Assembly (NCBI RefSeq): GCF_009914755.1
Contig: NC_060926.1
Origin: the human T2T-CHM13v2.0 reference genome, Homo sapiens
Length of the DNA stretch: 64,000 nucleotides
Reading direction: 5' to 3' (one strand)
Shown here: one piece after another, positions 13,940 through 29,776 of the stretch
Numbering within the stretch: position 1 is the first letter of the stretch
Layout of the letters: every line of letters begins with the position of its first letter
Made by a program: the position numbers and the translations under genes
Notes under the pieces: model-generated
Seen by the model: only the letters and a program-made list of their open reading frames with translations
Database searches by the model: none
What the model was told of the DNA's origin: nothing

Positions 13940-14390
13940 TTGGGGCTCAAGGGATCACAGTTCTGGCATGCGGGTTATTTCAAAGTGAAAACATTTGAGC
14001 TACAGAAGATGCAGAAAGAAATCCTAACTGAATTTATCTTATCTGAATAAAGCACTGTCTTCCTAAAATAAAACTGCAATTAAACCTCCTCCACAGGAGT
14101 TTCCTGAGAACTCAGTTGGAACAGAGACTGTCAGTTCGCATCAAAAAGCCCAACAGAACCTTCTATACTTTCCCACTGAAGCCCTAGCCCCTCCCACCCC
14201 ATCCCCCTTTTTGTTAAGTTGGTATATAAACCTTACTTCTTGCTATTCAAGAGTTATTAATCACTAAGTGACTTCTGCATGCATCTGTAAAAAAAATCTT
14301 GTTTTTCTCCTGTCTATTGTCAATTAATTCACAGGCACCTGACCAACCATTTGAAACAAAGTAGATGAAGAAAAAGTTTTTGTCCCAACA
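13940..14390 (+). mobile_element. ERV1 LTR, MER34-like
   Basis: tggggctcaag..., gtatataaacc TATA-like element, ends aaaaagtttttgtcccaaca. Confidence 0.55.
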
Positions 14391-14891
14391 GGGACTTTAA
14401 ACATTTTTGCCAGGTCTTTTAAAAGTATTTTCCCCTTTGAGTGTTCTTAAATGACAAATATAAAGGGGGAAAACCTTAAACACAAAATAAGTTTATAGTT
14501 TCACTGACAGTACTAATCTTTTATTTATCAGAGTAAGTTTCTAGAGTCTAAAAATATACAAGAAAAATTCAGCTCATGTTAAAAGATCTAAAATTATTTT
14601 CCCAAAAGTTTTAGAAAATATTTCTTAAAATATTTTACATAAAATATTTTATTTCTTTACATAAAATATAGGTTTTCGTTGCCCTTTCAACATATTCCTT
14701 TACTTTTCACTCTCTTTAAAACAATTTATTTGAATGGTAGGCTATCCGGACAAAAAAAATTGTGATTATCTTTTTAATAATCTTTATTATCTATTAAAAT
14801 GTAAGCTTTTGACGGACAGGGGTTGGTTCATAGTTGGATGCTCAATACCCAGCATCAAGTTATGCACATAATAGAAAGGCTCAAAAAAATA

Positions 14892-16262
14892 CAGTCATGA
14901 GTTGCTTAACAAGAGGAATACATTCTATGACATGTGTCATTAGGCATTTCCGTCTTGAGCAAATATCACAGAGTGCACTCACACAAACCTAGATGGTATA
15001 GCCTACTACATACCTAGGCTATATATATGGTATAGCTCCTAGGCTACAAACCTGTACAGTATATTTCTGTACTGAATACTATGGGCAACTGGAATGCAAT
15101 GGTAAGAATTATGTGTATCTAAACATAGAAAAGGTACAGTAAAAATATTGTACAAAAGATAAAAAATGGTAACTCTGTATAGGACATTTACCATGGATGG
15201 AGTTTACAGGGCTGGAAGTTGCTCTGGGTGAGTCAGTTTGTTGGGTGGTGAGTGAATGTGAAGGCCGAGGATATGACTGTACACTACTGCAGACATTATA
15301 AACACTCTACACTGAGGCTACATGAAATTTAGTAAAAAAATATTTTTCTTTCTTCAGTAATAAGTTAACTATAGGTTACCATAACTTAAAAAAAAAAAAA
15401 AAAAAAACAAAACAGAATCTCACTGTGTCGCCTAGGCTGGAGTGTAATGGCATGATCAATATTTACATAACTCACTGTAACCTCGTGAACTCCTTGGTTC
15501 AAGGCAGCCTCCTGTCTCAGCACCCTAAGTAGTTAGGCCTACAAGCATGCATCACCACACCCAGGAAATTTTTATTTTTATTTTTTGTAGAGACAGGATT
15601 TCACTATGTTTCTCAGGATGGTGTGGAACTCCTGGCCTCAAGTGATTCACTTGCCTCAACCTTCCAAAGTGTTGGGATTAGAAGTCTGAGCCGCCATGAC
15701 CAGCCTTTTTTTTTTTTTTTTTTTTTTAACTTTCTAAAACTTTTCTTGTTAAATACTAAGACACAAACACACATATTAGTCTAGCCCAAACACTGGGTCA
15801 GGACATCAATATCACTTTCTTCCACCTCCACCTATTGTCCCACTGGAAGGCCTTCGGGCCATAACACATGGACCTATCATCTCCTATGATATCAATGCCT
15901 TCTGGAATCCCTCCTGAAGGACCTGCCTGAGGCTATTTTAAAGTTAACTTTTTTCTTTTATAAACAGGAGGCGCATCTTTGAAAATAACATAGTATAGTA
16001 AACACTTAAGCCAGTAACATAGTCATTTAGTAACTTTACCAAGAATTATGTACCAACATAACTATATGTGGCAAACTTACACAACTGGCTGTATAGGAGG
16101 TTTACATCTCCATCACCATAAAAAAGTGAATAACGTGTTATAACGGCTGATGTCACTAGGCGATAGGAATTTTCAGCTCTATTTTAATTTTATGGAACCA
16201 CCATTGCATATGAGATCGTTGTTGACCAAAATTTCATGTACCATTGCTGTGCAGTACGACTG
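14892..16262 (-). mobile_element. Tigger3b-like TcMar DNA transposon containing an AluJ
   Basis: CAGTC...GACTG inverted termini with TA TSD at both ends; cacaaacctagatggtatagcctactaca motif. Confidence 0.85.
15410..15705 (-). mobile_element. AluJ inside Tigger3b
   Basis: Diverged reverse Alu dimer. Confidence 0.85.
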
Positions 16263-16288
16263 TAAATTCTCAATTAAACAGGCACAGA

Positions 16289-16614
<326 letters not shown>

Positions 16615-16717
16615 TTATTTTCAATTATGAGACAAATAATTCAGCTACAAAACAAATACAATGTAATTTGGATATGTAGGCTAAAAAGGACAAAAATCTA
16701 ATATATTTCATATTTTA

Positions 16718-17052
<335 letters not shown>

Positions 17053-17253
17053 TTCCAGGAAAAAATAGAAAATATGTTTAGGGCCCTTGATTTTCTAAGC
17101 TATAATATGGTTTGGAGGAAAAAGCAAACATGTTACAGGAAGGGTTGAATAAAACTTTTAAAATATGTCCCTATCGATCTTCTTTATGTACTTCATAAGT
17201 TTAAATAAAATCCAAGGCAAGTATTGGCCCAATCTATTCTGAGAAGATTCTAG

Positions 17254-17575
17254 GGCCAGGCACGGTGGCTCACGCCTGTAATCTTAGCACTTTGGGAGGC
17301 TGAGGTAGGAGGATCGTTTGTGGGAAGGAGTTCAATACCAACCTGGAAAACAGAGCGAGACCTCATCTCTACCAAAAAAAAAAAAAAGAAAGAAAAGAAA
17401 AGAAAAATGTTTCTAATTAGCTGGGCATGGTACATGCCTGTAGTCCCAGCTAGTCAGGAGGCTGAGGCAGGAGGATCCCCTGAGCCCAGGAGTTCAAGAT
17501 TACAGTGAGATATGATCATCCCACTGCACTTCAGCCTGGGCAACAGAGCAAGAGTCTGTCTCTAAATAAATAAAT
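17254..17575 (+). mobile_element. AluJ with expanded middle A-rich linker
   Basis: Dimer; ggaggatcccctgagcccaggag J-type right arm. Confidence 0.88.
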
Positions 17576-17784
17576 TCTTAAAAAGGGATGATGTTGCACT
17601 GAGATTCATAAACCTATTATTAGAATAACACACTCATGATTTAGTAACAGTAACATATATTGGAAACGGAATATGTAATGTTTCTCTATAATAAATGCAC
17701 CTATAACACAATATAAAACCTATTTCCTACATAACATTGAAATGTTTGCATTTCTTCAGAATACATTAAATTAAAAATGAAAGG

Positions 17785-18373
17785 TCCAGATTATAATTTT
17801 TTTATGTCAACCTAGCTAGGCTACAAGCTCTAATCTGGGTGGTATTGTGAAGGTTATTTTGCAGATATAATTAAATACGGTACTCTGTTGACTTTACGTA
17901 AAGAAGTTTATCCTAGATAATCCTGGTGGGTCTGACTGAACTTCAGGGAAGGCTTTAAAGAGGTTGAGGTTTTCCAGAAAGAAAGAAAGAGATGGGGCCA
18001 GGCGCAGTGGTTCACACCTGCAATCCCAACACTTTGGGAGGCTGCGACAGGTGAATTGCTTGAGCCCAGGAGTTCAAAACCAGCATGGGCAACATAGTGA
18101 GACCCCGTCTCTGTAAACAAAAACCCAAAAAACAGTCAGAAAAAAAAGAAAGAGCTGGTGGTTGGGGAGAGATTCCCACCTGTGAATGACAGCTTCAGGC
18201 CATATCCACAGAGTTCCCTCCTGCTCCTGATCTTCTCTTCCTGACTGACTGCCTATGGATTTCAGACTTGCTTAGCCAATCCCCATAGTAGTAAAAGCCC
18301 ATTCCTGGTAATGAAGTCTTTAACATGTACCTCTCCTACAGTTTCTGCTCCTCTGGTTGAGTCATGACTAACA
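17785..18373 (+). mobile_element. ERVL LTR, MLT2-like, with Alu left monomer at ~17996-18148
   Basis: atgtcaacctagctaggcta..., tcctagataatcctggtggg, gtttctgctcctctggttga. Confidence 0.65.
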
Positions 18374-18914
18374 GACCAGGTATCTAAACTACTCAGTCTC
18401 TTTCATAACCTCATTTGGATGCATTCCTTTCTCTTATGTTATCAGATCAATTAATTTTTGATTTGAGATGTGGTAAAATCTGCTGAATGTCTGTGAAAAT
18501 AGCCAGATGCAAAGGTCTTGTGAATGAAATGAAGGACAATAAAGTCCACTGATTATTATTATATAGTGTCAAAAAAGGTGGAAACAGAATATGAGTAAAG
18601 GATTTAACTTAAAACCTCTTAACTATAAAATCCTCAGTAATTATTTAACTTTTCTCTATTCCTGTCTCCTCATTTTCAAAATGAGATTCCTATTTCTGCC
18701 TATAAAGGACAAAGAAGGAACTGAGATAAGTATTAAAGCATAAAATGAGTATTATTATTGTTGTTAATGGAAACTTTTTATAAAGATGTGCCAAACAGTT
18801 ATCTTAAAGTTCAAAGTTATTTAACTGTTTTTAATTCAAGACAATTCCAATCTGAGCAGGTGGATTAAATGAAAAAATATAACCAAAGGGCTGATCTTAG
18901 TGATTTACTTCTAC

Positions 18915-20003
<1,089 letters not shown>

Positions 20004-20434
20004 CACTCTATAAGGTAAAGGCCACCTATGATACCTTTCTTAATTCCCCAGGCAAAAATTAGCACGGCCTTTCTTCGAGTCTTCTATTATTTGTTTACAG
20101 AAGCCATGCACTATGATCACATCCTATGTTGGCAGCATAATTACTTGTTTCCCTAGCTTTCTAAGAGTCTAAATTCTCAGAGGGCAGCAGCTATGTGTAA
20201 CAGAACTTTGTATCCACAGTACGTAGCAGAAAAATATTACTTTCTCTCTTCCCATTAAAAACTCATATAGATTACCAAGACCACAGGTATTCCTGTTACT
20301 ATGTTAACACATCACAAAGACAAAAGAGGAAACAAATCCTAGTAGGAACATAAAAATGCAGATGGCACCTCTGAGCTGCTTTGTTAGCTTCTGTGGCCTG
20401 GATCCTTATGGAATATTCCCTGATGATCAGAGTG

Positions 20435-20625
20435 CATCAGAGTTTACAGAGCACTTTCACATGCATTAACTCATTTGGGCCTCTCCTAACTTCACAGGTG
20501 AAGAAAGGGGGTATCATTCCTATTTTCCAGATGCAGAAAATGGAACTAAAGTAATTTAGCAAATGTGTGGCACAGAGTTAGAACTTGAACCAGTGTTCTG
20601 ACTCCACATGAACTGTTCTCCCCAT
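20435..20625 (-). mobile_element. MIR
   Basis: tcctattttccagatgcagaaaatgga; agttagaacttgaacc. Confidence 0.6.
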
Positions 20626-20969
20626 TCATTCCAGATGTCTCACAACAGATGACTGGCCCCAGTCACACTGCCATCACATTGGCAGTCTGCTGCAAGTCCA
20701 AATATAAAGATGCTGATGCCATACCTTCACACAGACTAGAAAAGGATAAATGACACACACGATTACTAAAACTAGAGACCTTAAGACTCCTACATAATAC
20801 AATTTTAAAATATTTAGTCCATTAAATATGTTACATATATATATGGCTTAGATGAATACAATTTCCAACCACTGCTTATACAACCAAATGACCAACAACT
20901 CTTCTTGCAGAGATCAGCATAAGACAAAACTACAAAAAAAAAAGTATTAAAAAGACTGGTGAGCAGAAG

Positions 20970-21170
20970 GATGTAGTTAAGGAAATATGAAATGTAGAGT
21001 CAAAAAGACTTTCCTTAAAAGCCAAAGCCTGCTATTTAACCCTGCTGGGCAAAATATTTAACTTCTCTCATCTCCAACTTCCCTTGCAAAATGAGAAGAA
21101 TACCAAAATCAACATCATTTATGAGATGATTAAATGAGATAAAATACATGAAAACCCCACCAAATAGTAA
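20970..21170 (+). mobile_element. MIR
   Basis: tgggcaaaatatttaacttctct...gagatgattaaatgagataa. Confidence 0.6.
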
Positions 21171-21449
21171 ATGCATAAAGTTTTCTAACAAATTGTTCAG
21201 GTTCAAACACAAAACCAAATTTAGACACTGAAGGTGAACTGGTAAGGTTGGTTTGTTTTATATGTAACTTTTCTGGTTATAAATGGTAACACTGACTTCT
21301 GCTCCTGACTACACAACCATTTTGAGGCACCCTGAATAAGCTTGTCTTCGTTTAAGTAATAGATAGTTCCAGAAGCTCAATATTGGCACATTTTTATAAC
21401 ACGTCAATTTTTCTAGAAAATACTAATCCTTGCCCAAAGATGTTCTTCT

Positions 21450-21527
21450 TAGCTAACTGAGAGGCTGAGGCAGGAAGATTTCACTGCACTCCAGCCTGAG
21501 CAACAGAGCGAGACCCTGTCTAATAAA
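21450..21527 (+). mobile_element. 5'-truncated, internally deleted Alu right-arm fragment
   Basis: gaggctgaggcaggaagat joined to cactgcactccagcctg; TSD aaag(a/c)tgttcttct. Confidence 0.8.
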
Positions 21528-21634
21528 AAAGCTGTTCTTCTGACGCTGTAAGCACATATTCTGCTATTGTCCTGCAATGATGTCAAGAATAACATAGAAA
21601 GCTTATTCTGCAGTTTAGTACTCAAAAGACTTAC

Positions 21635-21748
21635 CTGCAACCCTCAGCAGCTCAGCAAGGCCCAGAAGCTTGGTGGATTGTTTATAGCATGTGGGGGACT
21701 GGGAAATACACTCCTTGATGAGACTGATCCGATCAGGGCACAATCGCA
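21635..21748 (-). CDS. NBAS: NBAS internal exon (~exon 32), 114 nt, (V)RLCPDRISLIKECISQSPTCYKQSTKLLGLAELLRVA(G)
   Basis: ctttcttttgTAG acceptor, CAG|GTAAGT donor; phase 1->1. Confidence 0.96.
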
Positions 21749-22469
21749 CTACAAAAGAAAGACGTATTAAAGACTTGGACCAGGGACATCACAAAAGGGT
21801 GTTAATGGCCTTCCTAATGCAAGGCATCCAAAGAAAATGAAAACTGGGTAAGGCATCAGATGAAGGAGAATTAAGTAAAAGTAAAAGGCACGTTTAACAA
21901 ACAGCAAAATTATTATTGCTTCTGAGTAAATAATGTACAACCTTGATCTTTTCTTCATAACCAAACTTCTGAAGCACAGGAAATGAAGTGTTAATCTGAA
22001 ACTAGAAAAAACTGTTTCACTGTTTTATGTACCATGTCAGGACTTAGGGAAAAATTTAAACGAGACAGTATTTGTCTCTAAAAACTTCATATACTTAGTA
22101 TTATACCAGCCCCCTCAAACCTCACCCTCTAAGCCCCATTCCTTGCTCTAAATATACATTTGCTATCTCCACTCATTACCCCAGTTTGGAAGGCAGGAGT
22201 CTTCAAAGTGCTCACTGTTGCAATTTATTAACCTTCCTCCAAACATAAGCCCAATTTTCTCACATAAACTGGATATTAGGAAAATAAAACACATCTGATC
22301 AAACCAATTCAAACTATAAAGAAATGAAAATCACATTAAAAAAACCCTAGACAAAGGGTACTACGTATATTCTAGGAACAAATGGTACTTATTTACAGCA
22401 GAGATGGCAACCTTTAAGAAACACAGCACTGCCAGGGAGGCTGGCCCCCAATAATTATAATAACAACAA

Positions 22470-22690
22470 CTACGATAATAGCAACTGATGTGAAAGGAAT
22501 ACGAGCTATGTCTCAGGCACTGTTGGAGGTGCTTTATGTATATTAACCCTACACAGCAAACTCTTATTAATAGAAGGCAGGTACTATTATCCTCAAGAGA
22601 AGAAACTGAGGTGCAGAAAGGTTAAATACTTTGGCAAAGGTCACTGAAAAAGTGATGGGACCAAAATTCAACCCAGCTCGCTAAATGTTT
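22470..22690 (-). mobile_element. MIR
   Basis: gaagaaactgaggtgcagaaaggttaaatactttggcaaaggtcac. Confidence 0.7.
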
Positions 22691-22964
22691 TCACACCTTG
22701 AATCCTTTATCCTTTCCTAAACCCATGGCTGTTCTCCATATATCTTGTGTTCTCTCAAAACTTCTACATAGGTGAGAGGGGCCAGGGACGGGGGAGATAA
22801 AGAAGAGAGGTGGTATTTTTCCTCTGGAATGGGCTTTTTTGGGGAAGGTAAGGATTTACTACAATTTAATGTTGAACTCAAAAAAGGTTGCAAGGAAAGT
22901 ACAAAGAAATCCTCTATACTCTTTGCTGAGGTTAACAGATGATTAATAATTTGCGCCTTCACAC

Positions 22965-23155
22965 ATGTCCATGTGCAATCATGCATGCATACAGTCCCTG
23001 CTTCCTTCCTCTGTATATTCACACAGGAATATGTATATACACACACAAATACTTATACATGTACAAATACATACACATATTTATAATACACATATATACA
23101 AGTGCATATATACACAAATAGTTACACATATATACACACAAATATACATACACAT
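22965..23155. repeat. (TA/CA)-rich low-complexity tract
   Basis: Seen directly; source of spurious ORFs 22939/22965. Confidence 0.8.
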
Positions 23156-23245
23156 TTATTTTTTTCTGAACCATTTGAGAATAAGTTGCAAATAACATTT
23201 CTCTTTATTGCTAAATACTTCAGTGTGTGTTTCCTAATGTTTTGA

Positions 23246-23552
<307 letters not shown>

Positions 23553-23769
23553 TAGACTCTCTTAAAATGAATATTTATACATCTACAACAATAATCCTGT
23601 TGTGTGTGGCCTTTACTATAAAATATAAAGTAAATATACTTACTCTTCAGTTACTTCCTTCAAAATCACCATTGCTAATACCTACATCTGAGTATAGCTT
23701 CTGTAGACTGTATTACTCTTCCCAATTATCCACTGCAACTATTCATATCCCAAATTCCTGCTTCAGTAA

Positions 23770-24032
23770 CATGAGGCTTGGCCCTGTGACATCTACAGGC
23801 AATTAATGTGAGTGGAAATGACATATGCCACTTCTGAGTGAAAGCTGTTAAGAGTCATCGTGGAATTCCACTACAGATCTTTCCCTTCTACTGTGACAAG
23901 ACCGTGTCTCAAGGGGTGGTGCTGCGGCTAACCAAAGTGGACACGATTGTGAGCAAGGAATAAGCCTGTTATCACATATTATGGAGATTCTGAGTTTTTC
24001 ACAACAGCACAATCGTAAAAACTCACCGATAC
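23770..24032 (+). mobile_element. MaLR LTR fragment (MLT1J/I-like)
   Basis: atgtgagtggaaatgacatatgccacttctgagtgaaagc; ends acagcacaat...ccgataca. Confidence 0.55.
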
Positions 24033-25194
24033 AGTATACTTCAAGCCTTTCCATACCTTATCACAATAAAAACACTATGGGTTTTTTCCTCAATATCCGC
24101 TACTATTTTATGGGGCTTTTTCCAGATTCAGTAACATATGATAATTGTGAGATAGGTACTTTTAACACATTTCTAATTTTATTTTCAAAACAAAATTTGT
24201 TGCAGATATTATCTGCATTCCACATATGTAAAAATCTGGAGTTTTCATAGCTGCTTTTATGGCTTTGTTGATGAATTATTGTATTCTTCTTAGAGAAGCT
24301 CTAGCTTTAGTAATTCTACTAAACTGACTTCCTTACTTTTACCACTCTTTTTCCACCTCAATAAACTCAAGGTAGAGAACTGAAACCACACATAGCAATG
24401 GATCATGATTTTCTCTAAACTTCCATTTAATGGAACACTCAAGTTTGATTATTTGTCTCCTGTTGCCCTAAGCGATGCACACTACTAATATTTGAAGTAC
24501 ATTAAATAAATTTGGAGAGCAGAAGTCTAATAGACTGCAATTACCCTGTTCAAATGACTTTTTACTTTATTTACTTACGTATTTTCTGATCCTCTGGACA
24601 ATCACTATACCAGTTCCCTTTTTCTGCTGATTTAGGGCCTGCTTAATTATATTTCAAAATGTGAATTCTCAGTTAAATAAATTCAAGCCCTATCTTTCCA
24701 AGAAGGAAGAAGTGTTCAACTCCTAAAATTCCTTTCCAAATTGAATGAATGAACATGAAAAAGATAGGCATGTACGTACCTTTTAATAATTAAAGATAAT
24801 CTAATTTTCCTGCAGAAATCATGAATATATCTCAAATGATTTTTCAAAAACCTATTATAAAACACACGTATACACACACACACACATACACGTGCATGCA
24901 CGTCTCAGATGTAAAAAGCATTTTCTAACCAGCTACCTATATTCCAAATGCCCCTCAAAAGATAGCTGTGCAATATCAATTGCAGTCACTTGGGAATGGC
25001 AACAGAGGCCCACAACATATGAAGTTGCTAGTGATGCTGTGGAAGTATTATACAAATCTGAACCGTGTGGGCAAGGAAGGTGTAACACGCAGGAGTCAAA
25101 CACTTAGCTGACCAGTAGGAGGACAAGTAAGAGTTTCCTTCTTGAAGAATCTTTTGCTCTCACATCTTTTCCTCAGTAGAGTATTCTCCACTGT

Positions 25195-25355
25195 TACAAA
25201 TGCAGGTTCTTGAGCCAGACTACCTAGGTTTGAATCCTGGCTCCACCTCTAACTAGCTGGATGACCCTAGGCAACCTAGGCAAGTTACTTAACCTCCCTG
25301 GGCCTTGATTTCATCATCTGAACATTGGAAACAATACCACCACCTCATAGGGTAT
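25195..25355 (+). mobile_element. MIR (continues after ~26415)
   Basis: gagccagactacctaggtttgaatcctggctccacc...ggcaagttacttaacctc. Confidence 0.8.
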
Positions 25356-25364
25356 GGTTTTAAT

Positions 25365-25645
25365 TTGAGACAGGGTCTCGCTCTATTGCCCAGGCTCGGG
25401 TGCGGTGGCACAATCTCAACTCACTGCAGACTCAACCTCCTAGGACAAGTGATCCTCCTGCCTCAGCACTCCAAGTAGCTGGGACTACAGGCATGCACCA
25501 CCAAGCCTGGCTAATTTTTTAATTTTTTAAAAAATAGAGACGGGTTTTGCCATGTTGCCAAGGCTGGTCTCAAACTCCTGAGCTCAAGCAAACCACCCAC
25601 CTCAGCCTCCCAAAGTCCTGGGATTAGAGGAGTGAGCCACCATGC
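25365..25645 (-). mobile_element. AluJ
   Basis: Reverse Alu dimer. Confidence 0.88.
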
Positions 25646-26408
25646 TGCCTAAGGCCATGAGAGCCCACCCTTTGCATCAGTGTGCCCTGGATGTGAGACA
25701 TGGAGTCAAAGGAGATTATTTTGGAGCTTTAAGATTTAATGACTGCCCTGCTGGGTTTCAGACTTGCAGGGGCCTGTGGCCCCTTTGCTTTGGCCAATTT
25801 CTCCCATTTGGAATGGAGGCATTTATCCAATGCCTGTACCCCTATTGTATCTTGGAAGTAACTAACTTTTGATTTTACAGGCTCCTAGGTGGAAGGGACT
25901 TGTCCTGTCACAGATGAGATTTTGGACTTGAACTTTTGAGTTAATGCTGAAATGAGTTAAGACTTTGGGGGACTGCAGGGAAGGCACGATTGGTTTTGAA
26001 ATGTGAGGACATGAGATCTAGAAGGGGCCGGGGTGAAATGATATGGTTAGGCTCTGTGTCCCCACTCAAATTTCATCTTCAATTGCAATCCCCAGGTGTT
26101 GAGGGAATGACCTGGTGGAAGGTGACTGGATCATGGGGGCAGTTTCCCCCATGCTGTTCTCATGATGGTGAGTTCTCACTAGGACTGATGGTTTAAAAGC
26201 ACGGCACTTCCTCGTTCTCAAATATACTCTTCTCTTTCCCGCCAACAGATGAAGAAGATCCTTGCTTCCCCTTTGCCTTCTGCCATGACTGTAAGTTTCC
26301 TAAGGCCTCCCCAGTCATGTGGAACTGTGAGTCAATTAAACCTCTTACCTTTATAAATTACCCAGTCTTGGGTATTTCTTTATAGCAGTGTGAAAACAGG
26401 CTAATACA
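25646..26408 (+). mobile_element. THE1 (THE1D-like) 3' internal fragment + polypurine tract + 3' LTR (LTR 26039-26408)
   Basis: catggagtcaaaggagattattttggagctttaagattt internal motif; tgatatggtt...ctaataca LTR. Confidence 0.88.
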
Positions 26409-26989
26409 ATGCCCAAAGGGCATTTTGAGAATCAGTGAATACATATAAAGCATATTTGGAACATAAAAATCACTCAATAAATATTAGCTATATTATTACC
26501 TACCGACATATTCACAGAAACACTTATAAAGAATAGAATCTTCTAATACAAGGTTTCTCCAGATATAACTTACAGGACTGTGTCAGGAATATTTTATTAT
26601 TATCCCAATCTGAGAAATGTGAAGCTCAAAGATACTGTTGCCACAGGTTACACAGCTCAAAGTGGCTACACCAGAATGTAAACTCACACATGACACTCTG
26701 GGGTAATCCTGTCTCCTTATCAGTGTGGTAGCCCTGTAAGGTCATAGAATGTGCCTTGTCCCCATCATTATTTCAGTTCCCAGAGTAGGGTAAGTGCCTA
26801 AATTTATGTTTATTAAATGAAAGCAAAGGGGGGATGGAAAGAGGGCAATGAACAGAGGCTGAGGAGGGAGGGGAAGAATCTGAGGAAGAAAAGAAAAGGA
26901 ATGAAGAGAAAGGATGTGGGGAGAATGAGAAGACAGGTAAGACTACACTAATTCTATGATTATTTAAAAAATACCTTTAAGTATAAAAA

Positions 26990-27170
26990 TAATCATTGAT
27001 ATTTTACAGTCCTTACTATATCTTAGGCACTATAAATGAACAGACATTCCTTATAAGCAATTCTGTAAGATTCTTATTAGTACCCCCATTTGGTAAATGA
27101 GGAAAGTTAAAGAAAGGTTAAAACTTGCCCCCAGTTACCCAGTAATAAGTGGCAGAAGTAGCTCCAGGCT
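26990..27170 (-). mobile_element. MIR
   Basis: ccccatttggtaaatgaggaaa...aacttgccc. Confidence 0.6.
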
Positions 27171-28399
27171 GAGTGTAACTATAATGCTGTAAGTCAGAAA
27201 AGCTGACTTACCCTATTATAGAAATAACATGTGGACCAAATGAAATATTCAAAGGCTGTTCATTTAAATATTAAGAAAAATTTACATAAACACCCAAAAT
27301 AAAGAGAAAAGCACATACATATACACACACACAAATATTTCACAGAAGACTCACACATAGGGAGTCATTTTTACATGCGACTTCTGTTCCTGTTTTCAAT
27401 TGGCTCATTGATTATAATTTAGTTAGAACTGCTAGCCTTTACTTGATGAGAAACAGCAACTCCTGGAGTGTAGGCAAAGAAGGCTTCAAAACAAAGCAAA
27501 GTGACAAAATGAACTACGCACACTGACTACAATAAAAATACCTAAACCATAAATTTCTAAATATCTAGTTGTTTTCTTTCTCCAATATTACTGATGAATA
27601 CAAAAGAAGCTAAAACCTAAATGGCATCTGTGAGATAAACACAACAAAAAGTATACAAAGGCAATATTCCATCTTCACATCCAGAAGGTTTTCTGACAGT
27701 CATTCTAATAGGAAACTCCAAATCAATATATCAAGCTGGAAAGCTGTCAAGACATGAAAGCAAATGTCTTTCTTAAAATACTCCTCAGTCAGAAAATTCT
27801 CAGAAGCCACAGCAGGGCAGCAGTTTTGGTTGCAGGTATTCAAACCCAGCAGCTGATATACACATATTACCAGCAAAAAATCCTGCTAATTGATCAGCAC
27901 AGAAAATCAGGGCTTAATGTAACATTTCAAAATCCAGTAGCACTTGGGTGGACTGTAAGAAAATGTTTTGTATTATACCAATCTGCTTGAATTAAATAAG
28001 GAGGTAAAACACAGACACACAGGCACACACACACAGAGTCAAATCCGTAATAGCATGGCCTAACAAGAGATACAAACAGAGCAAAGGTTTCATAGTGCTC
28101 TGGATTCTTCCTTGACTAAAATTGCAATTAAATAAATATTTGAGGGAGACGTAGTTAATGACTTCAGACATTTAAGAATTGAAAAAGGTAAACCTGATCA
28201 ATCTTCACAATTTTAAGAAGTTTTGAGCTCAAAAGTCACATGAATTGTACAAATGAATAAAATTTTCCAGTGATTTAGCAATCACATTAGATAAAATTGC
28301 TTAAGATACCACAAGATAGTTATAATCACGTACAAATTGTTTCCAAACAATGATATTCAAAGTAATAATAATATTACCTCTTTTGAGTCTAATAAGTTA

Positions 28400-28687
28400 T
28401 TTTCAGACAGGTTCTAGGTCTGTTGCCTAGGCCGGAATGCAACAGCGTGAATCATGGCTTACTGCAGCCTCAACTTCCTGGGCTCAAGCGGTCCTCCCAC
28501 CTCAGCCTCCTGAGTAGCTGGGACTACATACGCATGCCATTACACTGGGCTAACTTCTTTAATTTTTGTAGAGACAGGGTATCACTATGTTGCCCAGGCT
28601 GGTCTCAAGCTTTTGGACTAAAGTGAACCTCCTACATCAGCATCCCAAAATGCTGGGACTACAGGTGTGAGCCACTGTGCCCAGCCT
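28400..28687 (-). mobile_element. AluJ
   Basis: Reverse Alu dimer. Confidence 0.88.
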
Positions 28688-29663
28688 AATGAATTTGTCT
28701 GAGATGCAAAACTTTAACTTTTAGTCAAGCCACGTTGGAAACCCACTGAAAACATGAGAATGCCTCTACTGGCTCATATCTCTAAAATCCATCCAGCTCT
28801 AAACACTACACAGGACAAAGACACCAAGGAACTTGTAAGAGATCTAAACCTCTACCACCATCAGTCTCAAATATTTCCAGACTTAAGAACAGAGATAACA
28901 GATTACAAGGAAGCCAGCCAAGCACACTGCTAATAATACCAAGCCACTCTGTTCATTTAGGGCACAGAGGTCCAGGATTTAATGCAACAGAAAATCTACC
29001 TTCCTCAACAGGGAAGGTCAGGTTTAAGGTCCAGTACACCATGAGATGTAAACAGTCCTCACAGCATAAATAGATGAGACAAGTGATTCTGTAGCAGGAT
29101 GCTTGTTTGGGATGATACCAAGTTGACTTTTATATTCAAATAAAAGAAGTTGAGTAATATTAAGATATCTCTAGTAATTAAATTCTAAACAAAAATTTCT
29201 TATCGTTCCCTCTTTTAAAAAAATAGATGGACGTAATATACTGAGTCAAGCATAAAAAGAAAAAAACTAATTTTATTTATAGCTAGTTATTAATCTATGC
29301 AATGGAAACAAAATACAGAAATTGTAGATCAAAACTGATATAAATCTGATATATTCTCATCCATAATCCCCAATATCTTTTTTTGTTTTTACCCTATACC
29401 CTCCCTGCTCTGTTACCGATGTTATTTCTTTAAATGTTATACACGTGAAATTTAAAAAATAAATTTATGGTAAAATGTTGGCTTTATTTTTTCTTTTGGG
29501 TTTCCACTTGAGATTTCATTTAAAATAATGGGTCAAGGGCAGGATCTATTGCTAATGGATTACATGACCAAAGCTACTCTTTAGTTTTAAAAACTAAAAA
29601 AGAATACTAGTAAATTGCTGCAATATAAGTTAGTAACAATGCAACAGTAAGTAGAAAACTCAC

Positions 29664-29776
29664 CTTGCAAAGGCAGGATCTTTACCCCAAATTCTTCAAG
29701 ACATCCAACGGCTTGGATAAGATCTAGCTCCTCTTGAATGGCAGGGGGTCTGTCTGTTATCAGTTGTAAGCAGCAC
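29664..29776 (-). CDS. NBAS: NBAS internal exon (~exon 31), 113 nt, (R)CCLQLITDRPPAIQEELDLIQAVGCLEEFGVKILPLQ(V)
   Basis: ttcttcTAG acceptor, AAG|GTGAGT donor; phase 2->1; overlaps ORF 29587..29823. Confidence 0.96.
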
